Positions 11,098-24,283 are shown, numbered from the whole stretch's first letter. The stretch: DNA of 63,974 nt, filler included, from Octopus bimaculoides (GCF_001194135.2; 5 parts of 4 records of this genome joined end to end with filler, not necessarily neighbours in it), one strand, 5' to 3'. Made by a program: numbers and translations. Notes: generated by a model not told the origin, from the sequence alone.

Positions 11098-14000
11098 CTT
11101 TTGCACAGCTTCTAACGCTGGAGATGTACTACAGTGTCAGCTGTTCACTTCCAGTGAACTAAAGTAACACCTCTTATTTTTTGAGCACCATCCAGAGTAT
11201 TCAAGTGGTTCCAAGCAGTGCTGTTTTCTGCAAGTGCACCACCCTTATTACAGCCCCTATTTGTTCCATGTACTTCTTGAGATTTTTGCTCACTGTTACC
11301 AGGGTTCCGACAATTATTGGTACCAGCACTACCTTTTTCATCGATCACAACTGCTTAATTTCCCAAGCTAACCTATCATATCTCCCGACTTTTCTTCTTC
11401 CTTATCGCATACCTTGTCAGCTGGGCATGCTATATCTATGATCTAGCATAGTTTGTTTTCTTTCTCAATTAAGACTATGTCTGGCTTCCTGTTCTCTATC
11501 TCATGGTTGCACTGAATCATGAAATCCCATAGGATCTTTGCATTAACATTTTCAACGATGTCTTCAGGTTTGTGGTCGTACCAATGTTTTGCTCTGTCAA
11601 GTCCATACTTGTTGCAAAGTGTCCAATTGACAAGCCTGGCTATATTGTTGTGGCATCTCTTATATTCCTTCTGGGCTAGTGGTATACATTGGCTGGTAAT
11701 ATGCCATACGGTTTCACCATTTTGTTCACAGATTCCGCACATATCACTTTCTGTGTTGTCTATTCTATATTTTATGTAGTTTGTTCTTAGTGCTTGCTCT
11801 TGGGCAGCACAGATCAGAGCCTCCGTTTCCGGTTTTAAGTCACTTTTAGTCATCCACAGCCATCTTTTTTCTCTGTCTGTCTTATCTTCAATATCCCTAT
11901 GAAATTGACTATGCATTCTTTTCTTTACCCACCTATTTTCAGTTTCATTTGTTTTCAATTTCTTGTATAGTGCTTTATCTTTGCAATCTTCCATCCTACA
12001 CAAGCCTGACCTTCTTACTTCTAGTAATAGTGGTTCTGTGGACTTTTTACATACCATGCTATGTTGTTTTCTTCTGCTCTAATGCTGTGTTCACATCCAA
12101 TAAGTCCTCTTCTCCCTCTTTTTTTTTGGTACATACAGTCTGTCTGTGTCACTTTTTGGATGGAATGAGCCATAACTAGTTAAGAGTTTCCTTGTCTTTC
12201 TAAGTGGTTTAGTTTGTCTACTGTCTATGTGATTACCCCTGCTCCATATCTAAGGAGTGAAACTGCGCAGGCGTTGGTAGCTTCAATCTTATTCTGTCCA
12301 TTTAATTTCGACTTAAGGATCAGTCTCAGTCTGCACAAGTATTCTGCCTTAAATTTTTCTGTCATTTCTTTCTCCATCAATTTATCCATTTCGAAAATCC
12401 TCAAGTACTTATAGCCCGCCTCTTCTATCTGTTTCATAACCTCCTCCAACGGTATCATTAGCCCATTCATACATTTGATTTTGCCTCTCTTCAAGACTAA
12501 CACGCCACACTTTCTCAGTCTGAACTTCATTCTGATATCAGCACTGAAGGTATACACCGTATCAACGAGAGAACTGACTTGGGCTTCATCTTTACCATAA
12601 ATAACAAATGGTTGACTTTTTGTTGGCGGCTTTTGAATACATACCCAGCTTTTGCTTTCATCAGAATCAGTGTTAGTGGTATCAAGTACAGTACAAAGAT
12701 CAGTTGGGACAAGCAGTACTCTTGGAAGATGCCCCTCCTGATTTCTACTGTCCCTAAACTTCTTCCGTATCCTGTCACGTCCGTCCTTTAATTCACCATA
12801 CTTTTTCCATGCAATCACTCAACATTTGATGCAATACCAAATAGGTTCATACATTCCATAATCCAAGAGTGTGGGATCATATCATACGCCTTATGATAAT
12901 CAATCCATGACATGGCTAAGTTACTTTTCCTCTTGCAATATCTAAGTACAGTTTTGTCTACCAGGAGTTGATCCTTGGTACCTCTGCACTTATGCTTGCA
13001 ACCCTTCTGTTCATATGGCAAGACTCCATTTTTTTCCAGGTGTTAATACATTGACTCTGCAAGTATTGCAGTCAATAACTTCCACATAAGTGGCAAACAG
13101 GATATCAGCCTTTAATTGTCTACTGTATTGCCTTTTCGAAGTTTTTCAGGCACAGCACTGTCCTACCTAATGTCAACCACTCTGGTGTTAATTGGTCAGC
13201 ATTTAAGAAGGTGTTGAGTTGTGCAGCTATTCATGCATGACATTCACCAAATCTTTTGATCCAGTAGCCTTGAACTCCATCTGGTCCCAGGGCCTTCCAG
13301 TTGCTCATTTTTTTTTGCTGATTTCCTTCACTTCCTTAACTGAAATGACTAGTTCTGCCTGTTTTGGACAGACTACTGTTTGTTTCAGTTCTTGCAACCA
13401 TTCAGCATCCTTCTTGTGCTCCTTGTTTTTGCTCCAGATGTCACTCCAAAACCTTTGACTTTCAATGTTATCTGGTATCAACATTTTATCTGTACACTCT
13501 CCATTTATTTCTTTATAGAATTTCTTCTGATCTACTCTGAATAACCTATTCTGGTGATAACTCTTCATTCTTTGGTCATATCTTACCATCTTTGCTTTCT
13601 TTGAAATGAGGTGCTGTTTCACTTCCTCCATTACTACTTTGAGGCTCTTTCTTTCAATATTATAGTTCCTTTTCAGTGCCCTGTATTTTTGTTCGCTTTT
13701 AAGCTCCCCTTTCTCTTTTCGGTCTAACACAGAGATTTCCTTCGAGAGCATGTCTAACCCTGCCTGGATTCTTCTTTTCCACCATGGATCATTTCTTTTG
13801 TCACTCCCATTATGTTTGTTTTTCTTGACATCAACACCCACGTTTTCTGCTACAACAATACTTGCTGCCTTGATCAAATTATTTGTTTCTGTGGTGTTGT
13901 TTGTTCTGATGTATTTCAGAATACATTAACATTTTTCGTTTCTTGGTTCAATTTCCATTGATCAACCTTTTTAAGGTTGCAAATAATGTTGCTATCGTTC

Positions 14001-14160
14001 TCCTGAAGTCTTACCTTTATTCTGTCGTAGGTAGGCCTTTTTTCCATCTGTCATGTCACCATTAGTTTTATTGTCTTCTTTTAGACCATCTATATGTCCC
14101 TCATCAAGTAAACTACCACAGCTCTTTTCCTGTGCTATGAGATTACTCTTATGAGTAAGA
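11098..14160 (-). mobile_element. 5'-truncated R4/Dong-type LINE, ~3 kb, flanked on both sides by (ATT)n
   Basis: N-terminal PWWKRRI...RYDQR...QNRLF; RT motifs [33 protein letters not shown]; LKPETEALICAAQEQALRTNY; CGIC...ETVWHITSQC; RKPDIVL endonuclease motif; QKTALLGT. Confidence 0.9.
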
Positions 14161-14619
14161 ATTGTATTTTCATTGTTATCTTAATTGTTATCATAATTAT
14201 TGTTGTTATTATTATTATCATTATTATTATTTAATATTATTATTATTATCATTATTATTATTATTCAGCTTAACAATCAGAAGATTAGTATTAAGATGGT
14301 AGCAGGATACACTACCCAACCATTACTCCTTATACAAACTGAAAGGGACCCCACTACTGAACAAAAAATAATGCAAGACACTGCTGCTAGAAAAAAAACC
14401 ATTGAATACTTCAGAAAAAAATTTATACATAACAGTCCCTCTCTCCCTTTCTCTCTTTCATGCACATACACAGTGTCATACATGGTACTTTAAAGTTTCC
14501 AATTAAATTCTTTAGACAAGTGGGTCACTAAGGAATCTAGTTACACAAGTGCTGGGTGGAGTTCTGTCATTTAGTTCCAAGTCACTTCTGATTAAGCAAA
14601 AATATAAAATAAAAGGCAT

Positions 14620-15110
14620 TCAAGCTATTACCACCCCAGGGTATTTCAGATTACATCAACTTGGTTTTAAAGCAGAGCAGTGTGATATAGGAGGGATTTT
14701 TAGTAGGCTGAGTGATGATTTAGAAGCTTTTTTTCAGCAGTGTAATTGAGGCAGTAAATTGGCAAGAGTTTGTTAGAATTATCATTAATAATATGCTTTG
14801 TGGTATTTGTTCTGGTCTTTGTTATTTCTCTGAAACCAATCCTGGTGGTGCCTACTTGAATGGCCAAATCTCTCAGCTGTTTTAGATGAGCCCAGTTGTT
14901 CTCTGCGTCATCACCATTAAAGAATCTTTCACTTAGTCTTTCAGAAATGGCTTCATAAAAGAATTTTTTTCAAATGCTGATCATTTGAAATTCTTCATCC
15001 TCATCTCTCTTGGTGGTGGCACATTCTGCTTCTAAATTTTAATGAACAATGAGTCTATGATGAGTGCTACAGTCATCTCCACACATAAATCTTGCTAATT
15101 ACACATCATT
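14620..15110 (-). pseudogene. RTE-clade LINE fragment (end of endonuclease and linker)
   Basis: Minus strand gives CSTHHRLIVH and SRHHQDWF-like motifs; heavily decayed. Confidence 0.5.
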
Positions 15111-15242
15111 GTTATTGTCAGTTCTCACAATTATCTGGTCCAGAATAAGCCAGTGATTGGAATAAGGATGCACCCAAGACATCCTGCATCTTAGTGGAAA
15201 GTGGAAGCTTGTGTTGGTTATAAATTAGTAAGCACTAATTAG

Positions 15243-15324
15243 TAAGTCCTGTTATTGATGACTCAAGCATGCAGCAGATAGCAAGTTATCTGCTGCATGG
15301 TTGAGTCATCAATAACAGGACTTA
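15243..15324. repeat. 82-bp near-perfect palindrome
   Basis: 40-bp arms match at 38 of 40 positions with a 2-nt centre. Confidence 0.95.
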
Positions 15325-15719
15325 GAATCCCACCAAGTTTACTTGATGAGGAAGGTAATTTCAGACATTATGCAGGATAATGAAAAGACCAAAGGGCAGA
15401 TGATCTGGTGGGTGGGAGAGTCAATGGCCATTCAATAGTATGCACAAATGCACATTAAATATGTATGTGTGTGTGGAGGAAGGGGAGGGGTTGTAGTATG
15501 TTTTCATTTATTCAAACGAAGCAGGGAAGAAATAAGTAACCTTCATCTTAACAACTTCAAAGTTGGCAGCAGCAGGCCAATAGTAGTAACAACTGAAGCA
15601 GATGACAGCATACTGTCAAGCTAAGCTAAAAGCCATAATACAGAGCAAACATCTAGTATATTTCTTTTATGGTCTGGACTTACACCAAATCAGATAGTGC
15701 TGCAAGTTCATTATCAGTA

Positions 15720-15960
15720 CAGTAATCCCTCGACTAACACGGATGTTAAGTTCCAAAACCCCCCACATTAGGTGAAAATCTGCAAAGTAGAAACAGTATT
15801 GTACTGTATATTTTTTTAAATTATTATTTTTATAATTTGTATATATTTATTTCATTATAAATGCAAAAATACACCATGGAGGAATTGATGTAAGCTTAAA
15901 TAATAAATCACAATAGGCGAACTGTGATAGGTGAACAGCGATGTGGCGAGGGACTTACTG
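15720..15960. mobile_element. Tigger/pogo-like MITE
   Basis: TIRs CAGTAATCCCTCG and CGAGGGACTTACTG, TA on both flanks. Confidence 0.75.
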
Positions 15961-16479
15961 TACTGTGAAAGTTGAAGTACTGCATCAACCTGACCCAGGG
16001 CTGCCCCCGAGGGTTGCTGGTGCCCCAATCAAGCTGAACTTTGGTGTGTACAAGCTGATGGTCATGGAAATTTCCTTGTCTTTGTCACACTCACCTTGGT
16101 GCCCCGGTCAAGTTGCTGGTACTGAGCTGACCCTGGCATGACCCAAGGCATGCACAGTGTAAACTTCCTGGAAATGAAATAGCTGAAAAATATCTTGCAG
16201 TACACTGATATTTCAAGATATTTAAAAGTGAGGTATATAAGAATGTGTGTATATATATGCAAGTACATATGGTTGTGTGTCTGGGTTTCCGCCTACCTAA
16301 ATTCAGTGAATGAAAGTAATAAATCTAACAAACAAGCATTATAAATATTAGCCCATATAAGATAATTGGACTGATTTATTCACCAACCATTTTTCTGCTA
16401 GAAAGAACTGATTTTTTAAAGAATACTGGAGCTATTCATTAGTCTTATCAGACCCTCAGTCTTCACTTGAAAAGTCTTG

Positions 16480-16960
16480 TTAACAGAGCAGCATCTGCTA
16501 TGACTACTGAGACCAATATACATGTGAGAGTCCCAGCTTTGGTAAATGCATTTTTAGGTGTTGTCTGCTGGTCTTGTATTGGTGCTGATTTTTTGTCAAT
16601 ATTGTTTTTCTTCAATAGCAAACCTTAGCTTCTCTTTTCATCTTCTTAAACCCTTGTCTATTTTCAACCTTCAACAAGTGTGAAAATCAGCAATGTCCTC
16701 CTACAATTTGATGTCTATGATGAGAGACTAGATGACTCTGTTGTAGGCATCAGAATGAAAATTGGATCATTTCTGGGTTGTCTTGTACAAGGTTAGTTGA
16801 CTATAGAGCAAGTCTTTTGGGATCCTCCTATCTACATGTGGTGTATATAGCTTGGCCAACAGAGGCATCTTTCTTGTAGTAGGATGAAACAGGGTATCTG
16901 TGCACAAGCCAGGACTTCATTGTTGCTGACTTTATCTGTCTACTTAATGTTTGAAGAAAC
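16480..16960 (-). pseudogene. RTE-clade LINE 3' fragment
   Basis: Minus strand gives DKVSNNEVL-like and RCLRW-like motifs; heavily decayed. Confidence 0.5.
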
Positions 16961-17169
16961 TCACGTGAAGATCACAAATGGCAAAATAAAGTGTTCAACA
17001 TTTTTCATAAAATGCCAAACATATTTTAACTTCTGATTTAAAGAGAGTCAGAAGATGCCTTAGAATTTTTAGGGTTCCCAAACCATATTGCAGTAACAAA
17101 GCAAATTTTAAACCCCATTTGTGTTCTGTATGTGTGTGTGTGTGTGTATGTATGTATATACATAGTTGA

Positions 17170-18875
17170 AATTAACAGAAAAACAAAAGATGAAGCAGGT
17201 GTATTAGTTTGATGCTCAGGAAAGTGAGAAAGTATTTTACGTTTTGAGCCTACTCCCTCCAACAGAAAGGAACATGAGTAAATAAACAGAGGGAGAATAA
17301 AAAAGCTTTTGGATTTAGCCAGTTTATGGAATTGTCTTTGGTTTTAAGTCCATAAAGTGTTTAGCTTTACTGTATGTCATCAGATCCTAAAACCTGTTGG
17401 CTTAAGGCCTCTCTAATGAGTGGACTCTCTAGAAAATGGAGGAGGAAATCACTTCGCTACTCAATGTCAACAACAAGGGATTGTCTCCCTTTGGCTATCG
17501 ATCGCAAGTAACCCTGTTATCCTGTGGGTTCCACTAGGCCAGCAGGAATTTCCTAGAATGTAAGCACAGTCCAAAGACCTCCATTCTAGAGTTAAGGATG
17601 TTCCCTGAGTCGAAGGAGTCCTTTACAATCCTTACCCATTCTGCAATGCATAGTTTACAGTACTTGGTCCCATTTATGTAGGGGCCTTGATTTTCTAGGA
17701 TTCTCCATGACATTCTGTATGGAATTCCACCATCTTTCAGCTGCCATACATGGCTGGCTAATGATGTAACGTTATTGCTGGCAGTGGTGCTGTCCCTGCT
17801 ACTGTAGTGGCTGCTGCTGCTATTAGGGTCAGCCAGTACCTCAGCTTCAAAGACGACTCCCTTGATTTCGCAGTAGCCTCTCACTTGGTATCTATTCTGG
17901 TCCCTGCATGAGCATCCTGCCTCCATTCACGATCTAGGTGTGCTAACTAGAATGCTCTTAATATTGGGGGCACAGCTACAAGTGACCCTAAGGTAGTGCC
18001 TGTTGAAAACGCCTCCATACCTATGTGAATACGTGAAATGTTTATCTATTAACTTAAGGAATATCCTACCTACAGACGTTTTTATAAGAGAGAAGGGGAG
18101 GGGCAAACCAAATGACCAAATGATATTTCTGCAGCACTTCTTTTTATGGATATTGGAGCCCAGCTAGAGCCTTGTTATCATAGGGGGCTGCTGCATCAAA
18201 AATCACTTGGCTGGAGGACAGGTTCATGATCCTCTTGATAACACCTTTCACCAGGGTTTTCAACACAATGGGTGGCTGTGCTGATGTACATTAGCCTCTC
18301 ATTTGGCTTGTGCTAGAGCCTGTATGTACTGGAGCCTAAGTCAAGCATGATGTCTAAGAAGTCTGCAGTTGAGATTGGTCTCGGTGGTGATTTTCAATCC
18401 CATACAGCCAAGTGTGCTAATTAAATCTTTCCCAAGCTTGTCAAGTGTGTATCCGTTTGCCCCTCTAGAGACTAAAGAGGACAGAGGGGAACTTATTACT
18501 AAGGGTATTGAGGATATACAACCCAATCAGGTCGCATACATCAGCACTGTGGTAGGACCCCATGGGGTCAGATTGATTGATCCAGGTCAAACTGTTATTG
18601 AACAGTACTGTTTTTCTAGTGTGCATAATGACATCTATATTCCTGTTGCTAACATCAATGAAGCCCCTAGCAAGGGAAAGTACCTTGACCAGTAACCCTT
18701 TTGATATAGATGAGTAAAAATTGACTAATTCAAACTGGGTGAACCTTGCCCTACCTCTCTCCTTGTTATTAAACCATGCAGTCACCTCGTTGGTGTTACG
18801 CCATAAGGAAAAGTTGGTGGCTTTCCTTATGTCATTACTGATGTTTCTCAACAGCACTGATGTATGCGACCTCAT
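17170..18875 (-). mobile_element. Penelope-like element (RT, GIY-YIG remnant, 3' region)
   Basis: RT motifs QFELVNFYSSISKGLL and MGSYHSADVCDLIGLYIL; endonuclease remnant TSLASHVWQLKD...YCKLCIAE...ILNSRMEVFGLCLH. Confidence 0.85.
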
Positions 18876-19552
18876 TGGGTTGTATATCCTTGATACCTTT
18901 AAGAATAAGTTCTCCTCTGTCCTCTTTGGTCTCTACAGAAATGATGCCTTGGCCATCTCGAGAGGGGCAAACAGGCACACCCTAGACAAGCTTGGGAAAT
19001 ATCTAATTAGCACACTTGGCTCCATGGGATTGAAGATCACCATCAAGACCAATCTCAACACCGGAGGCTTCTTAGATGTCATGCTCAACTTGGGTTCTGG
19101 TATATACAGGCCCTACCACAAGCCAAAGAGAAGTTAATGTACATCAACACACCCTCCTGTCACTCATCCATTGTGTTGAAAAACCTGGTGAAGTGGGTTA
19201 GCAAGAGGATCATGAACCTTTCTTCCAGTCAAGTGATCTTTGATACAGCAGACCCTACTATAATGAGGCTCCAGCTGCTAGCAGATTTAGGGACATCTCC
19301 TAATGCTGAACCCCAAAATCTGTAAAACAAAGCACCGCAGAAATAATATTTGGTTTCCCCTCCCCACTTCTCTCTTAACGTAAAAACGTCTGTAGGTAGG
19401 ATATACCTTAAGTTAATAGATAAACATTTCACATATTCACGTAGGCAAGGAGGCATTTTCAACAGGCACATCCTTAGTGTCTCTTTTAGCTGTGCCCCCA
19501 ATATTAAGAGCATTCTAGTTAGCACTAATAGACCATTAGTGGAGGCAGGATG
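18857..19552 (+). mobile_element. Inverted second copy of the Penelope RT C-terminal region
   Basis: Reverse complement of 17913-18548; reads DVCDLIGLYIL...GLYRNDAL...FLDVMLNL...YRPYHKP. Confidence 0.85.
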
Positions 19553-19904
19553 AAGATTTGGGTATGAGATGCGTGTCTGCCAAGTTTGTGCCAAAGCTGC
19601 TTTCAGCTGCCCAAAAAGACAATCAGGTTTCAATTGCACAAGATCTCCTTGAATATGTTGAGAACGATGAAATCTTTCTGAAGATTTGATGCAGATTCTC
19701 TGCTCAACTTTCTATCATGGTCAATGTGATGATCACACACTACACACTTTCCTTCCAAGCATTGTTGTAAATAGCAAAGTGAGCTAGAATGTCAAAACGT
19801 AGTGTGCATGTGCAGAGTTCAAGGTCAATCTGTGCCAAGTGGCTTCCCTCTGCACGTTTTTAGCTTCATTACTATAGTAACAGTTTAGATGTTTATTGAT
19901 TAGA

Positions 19905-19905
<1 letters not shown>
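19553..19905 (+). mobile_element. Mariner-derived deletion fragment
   Basis: EDLGMRCVSAKFVPKLLSAAQKDNQVSIAQDLL is a WVPxxL-type mariner motif. Confidence 0.65.
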
Positions 19906-19932
<27 letters not shown>

Positions 19933-19937
<5 letters not shown>

Positions 19938-20666
19938 GTGCAGTGAATAAACTGTCATCATCAAAATTACACAAAAATGAAAATAACACTGACATTTCAT
20001 TTTAACAGATATATTTACCAAAATTGCATAAAAATATCTTGAAATACTAAAGAATAAATTTATTTAATAAAATCACCATCGGCTTCAACCACAGCCTCCA
20101 GACAACTTTGGCATTTCCTGCAACTTTTCTTGATGGTCTCCTTGTTTAAGTTGGTGAATGCTCCCATAATCCTTGCCTTCAGTTCATCTTTGGTGTTACA
20201 AGGAGTTTTGTTGGTCTTTTGTTCAACTGCACCCCACACATAATAATCAGTAGGGTTGCAGTCTGGGGAGTTAGATGGCCAGATGTTAGGGGTTATGTGG
20301 CTGCTGAAATTGTCTGACAGCCATGGTTCTCCTGCTTGTTTGGCATAAGGTGGAGTCCTGTTGCCAGACATAGGGTCTTCCAGCAGCCATGCTCTTGACC
20401 CAGGGAAGCACTACCCACTCCAGGCACTTGATGCATTCCTCATTGTTCAGTCAGAGGCCATGTGGGTAGATGAATGGAGGTTTAACGTTGCCATCACTAG
20501 TGATCCCTCCAGAAACCATGATGTTTGGATGTTTGATTTTTATCACTCTCGGTGCATGTTCTCAGATTGCACTGTCCTCAGTGCAATCTGAAACACTCTG
20601 AAATGTTCGTATTGGAGCTTTCAGTACAAATGCCATGGTGACAATTTATCCATCACACTCTGTATA
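19933..20666 (-). mobile_element. Internally deleted maT-like Tc1/mariner element
   Basis: PNIWPSNSPDCNPTDYYVWGAVEQKTN...LEAVVEADGDFIK; imperfect terminal inverted repeats. Confidence 0.8.
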
Positions 20667-20676
20667 CATATTATAT

Positions 20677-20731
<55 letters not shown>

Positions 20732-21124
20732 AAATATAGAAAACTGAAATAGGAACAATATATTTCATCAGAGGTTAGGGTTATTAATAATAGAGACTGA
20801 AGTGCAATAAGGTAGTATTAACCCTTTCTCCCCAAAATACATACTTTGTGTTTCATTTAAATCCTAAAATAATCATGAATTTAGATTGGCGTCATAAAAC
20901 AACTTTAATTTTTTATTTATCAATGTAGGCGTTCATGTGATTTTTGAAACACGATTTAACAAAAGGTTCTTGACCAAATCTGTTTCATAATTGTGGTCTC
21001 AAAACCAATCTTATTACAGGTAAATTAAACAAAATATAAATTTTGCTTATACATCAGCATAGAAAATGAGTATGCAACAAAATTTAAATAGAGAACAAGT
21101 AAGCAAATTACTGGATTATTTAAC

Positions 21125-23330
21125 AGTTGAACTTAATTCACATAAGATAGGTATACCATAAAGGTAAAACAACGAATTTAGCAATATGTCAGTCCACTTT
21201 TAGTCACATGGGGGTGGTCGGAATCCTTCCTCAACATCTCCCCCTTTTAGAATTAGTCTCTTCAACTTCTCCCCTTTTGAGAATAGAACTTCGCTCAGTT
21301 TTAATATCTCTTATGTTTAGGGTTCAGTGACTGTTTCCATTCTTTTGCATGTTCTGGTGCTAGAACGTGTAGTTTCAAATTACTTGGCTGTTAGTACCTC
21401 AAACACATCCTACAATAATCCCATGAGGATTTCATCCCTCATGACTGTTTCTGCCATACATCTTTTTTTTTTTAAGTTAGTTTATATGTCTTTTATGTTC
21501 AATATTTCCTCCTTTTACCAGGAATAACATTCTTCCAATTTGTTTAATGATTACACTATCCTCCCAGATTTCTTTACCTAGCTTGAAAAATTTTGAAGTA
21601 TATTTGTTCTTCACCTTTTTTCTATTTTCACTTGGTATCAGCTTATCAAAGATGGATCTGATCATTCTAGCAAACATGAATTCTGCGGGTGACATTCCAG
21701 AAGGGGTATTTGGATTAAGTGTTACTTGGTATACTCTCAGAAATTGTTGAGGTGCAAGGTCATCCATTACTTCATTGTTCACCTTTATCAATGCCCTCTT
21801 GAAAGTGTCAACAAAATGCTTTGCTTGTCCATTTGACCTAGTATGATATGGCAGAGTGGTCATATGTTCAGTAACGAACCTTTTACAAAACTTTTTGAAC
21901 TTATCTGAAGTAAATTGAGTTCCTTTATCGGACACAATGGTATCAGGAATACCATATCTGGCAAACAATTCATGTAAAAAACTTACTGTATCTACAGATG
22001 TCAGCTTTTTACACTTATGCACTTCAGGCCACTTTGAAAAACTGTCCACCACAAGGTAATATGAACCATTAAGTGGACCTGAGTAATCAACATGCAGTCT
22101 GGACCATAGGATATCTGTTTTTGGCCACAATTGCCATTTAGTGGTAGGTGCATTTGCATGGCCTCTTTAACTATTTCTTCAATGTCATGATCCATTCTTG
22201 GCCAATATTCATAACTTCTCATTAATGATTTCATTCTCAAAATTTCTGGGTGACCAATATGAAATTCCTTTAGTGTGGCTGACACTATGACTCTTTGTGT
22301 GTACAACAAGAAACTATCACACAGAGAGAATGGGTTCACATTTGTGTTGTGCTTATTTCTATTTATTTTAGCCTTCAGCATTTCTTTTAATGAATCTATC
22401 ATTTTCCGATCTTAATTTTGTTTTGTAATGTGACTGGCAATTCTTGTATGACGTTACACGAAACATTTTTAATTTCATTTTCCACTTGCAACACAGTGAT
22501 CATGGTATCTTCAAATGGTTCAGCATTTTTAAAAATCAGTCTTGAAAAGTCCTAATTTTTAAGATAGTATATACTCTATCTTAAAATCATAGTTAAATAA
22601 TATAGTACCCCAGCATTGCAACCTATTAGCAGTATGGGTAGGGATTCCTTTCTTCAATCCATCTATAGATAATAACGGACAATGACCAATCTGTAGTCAA
22701 AAACTTCTACAATGTAAAAATCTATGAAACTTTTTTTATGGCAAAGATAATCTATAGAGCCTCTTTTTCAATTTGGTTGTAATTTTCTTCTGATATCAGA
22801 GAATGTGAGGCATACTGCTCCAATACTGTATTCAGAGGTATCTGAAGCTACAACAATCTCCACTGCAGAATCAAAATGCACTAATGACAAATTAGATGTT
22901 AATATTTTTTTTAATTTTGTTGAACATCTGATAAAATTTTCAGACTAATTCCACTGTACATCTTTTTTTTAATAGATTATTTAACGGAACCCTTACCTCA
23001 TGCATATTTCAAATATAATTTTGGTAATAATTTGCAAAACCCCAAAAAGTTTGCAAGGTTGCTATATTTATCAGAGGGGATATTTTTAATTGTGTCTGCC
23101 CTCAATGGATCTGGTCAACATCCATTTCTGTCAATGATTTGTCTTATTTTTGCTAAGAAAAATTCACACTTTTCTTCACTCAAAGTAAAGCCATAATCCC
23201 TAATTTTTTCGAATACTGTAAAAACCCATGTAACTTGCGCACCTGTGTAATTTATGCAGGTGATTTTCAGGATAAAATTTGTTAAAAGAAGCTTCTACTC
23301 ATGTAAAATTCACATCCAAAAGTTTTCAGA
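21125..23330 (-). mobile_element. Gypsy LTR retrotransposon, pol 3' half with PPT and probable short 3' LTR
   Basis: Integrase WSRLHVDYSGP...GIPDTIVSDKGTQFTS...SNGQA; zinc finger HIGHPEILRMKSLMRSYEYWP; RNase H and RT end. Minus-strand PPT AAAGGGGGAGA is followed by TGTTGA at 21236, and the LTR probably runs to ~21125. Confidence 0.85.
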
Positions 23331-23818
23331 ATTGCCGATATGGCCAGGGGAAAAAGGTTTTCAATTTAGTTGTTTAGCATAATTTCACTTACTTATGGTT
23401 AGATTTTACTAAATTTTCATTAAATAAAAATAATTTCTGTTTAGCAAGTATCACATTGAAAGCTATTAAATTACAAAGAGTTCGTGTTGTTTATAATAAA
23501 CTTTACTTTACATTTCTTGCTCACAAGAGATTATGTCTGATCTTCTGCATACTGCTGTATGTGTTCTCAAATTACGATCACAAGAAAAGTTGTTGATAAG
23601 AATTACCAACAAGTTGATAAATATGCACAGGTGTTGCAAATTAAATTTAATTACCAATAAACATCAGCTTGGATGACACTTTACTCAACTGACAGAGGAA
23701 GGTGACCGATCAAACTGATTGTGGATAGACGTAAAGAATACGCACACCACCTGTTTTCAGCATAACCCTTGTTGTAATATGAAACTAAATGTACTTAGTT
23801 TCACATTGTTAAATATGC

Positions 23819-23920
23819 TGTCATAGATAAAAGGTGGCCAGCTCAGTGGCTGCTGGAGCTACAGTTGAATAGACAACAAACCTTAACCCTTCATTGCGTC
23901 ATTGTATTGCCTGCATGACA
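23819..23920 (+). repeat. 102-bp 5' LTR of the second Gypsy element
   Basis: TGTCAT...ATGACA termini, immediately followed by a PBS. Confidence 0.75.
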
Positions 23921-23922
23921 TA

Positions 23923-23935
23923 TGGTGGCAGCAGT
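23923..23935 (+). promoter_or_regulatory. Primer binding site, tRNA-Leu-like
   Basis: TGGTGGCAGCAGT matches the complement of a tRNA-Leu 3' end (TGGTGGCAGCGGT, recalled) at 12 of 13 positions. Confidence 0.6.
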
Positions 23936-24283
23936 AAAACAAGATGAATATATCAAATCAAAACTAATCACATTACCAGCACATTCAGAAAAATCACATC
24001 ATTATCATTCGACATTGCTCAATGCTACCAATGTACTGGTATCATCAGTGAATGCGACAAAACACAAAACTAAAGAACAAGGAGGAAACGGATACACAGT
24101 AACAAACTGCAAGAATATACATACACACACAAACTACAATGGACTACACATGTTTAGCTGGAGGCATGGCTACAAATTTATATACAAGATTATTGTTATC
24201 ATTTCAGCTATATAGTGTGTCTTGTGCCACATAAAATAACCAAACTATACAGTGTTGTATTGCTCAAGAAAAACAACAACAAT

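Noticed and set aside
15996-16135. hAT-like MITE (CAGGG...CCCTG)
   Set aside because: The terminal match is too short and degenerate, and no TSD was found.
17341-17395. Additional hammerhead (minus strand CTGATGA...TAAACAC)
   Set aside because: GAAA is mutated and stems I and II do not pair convincingly.
20818-21100. piggyBac-like MITE starting TTAACCCTTT
   Set aside because: No matching right end was found.
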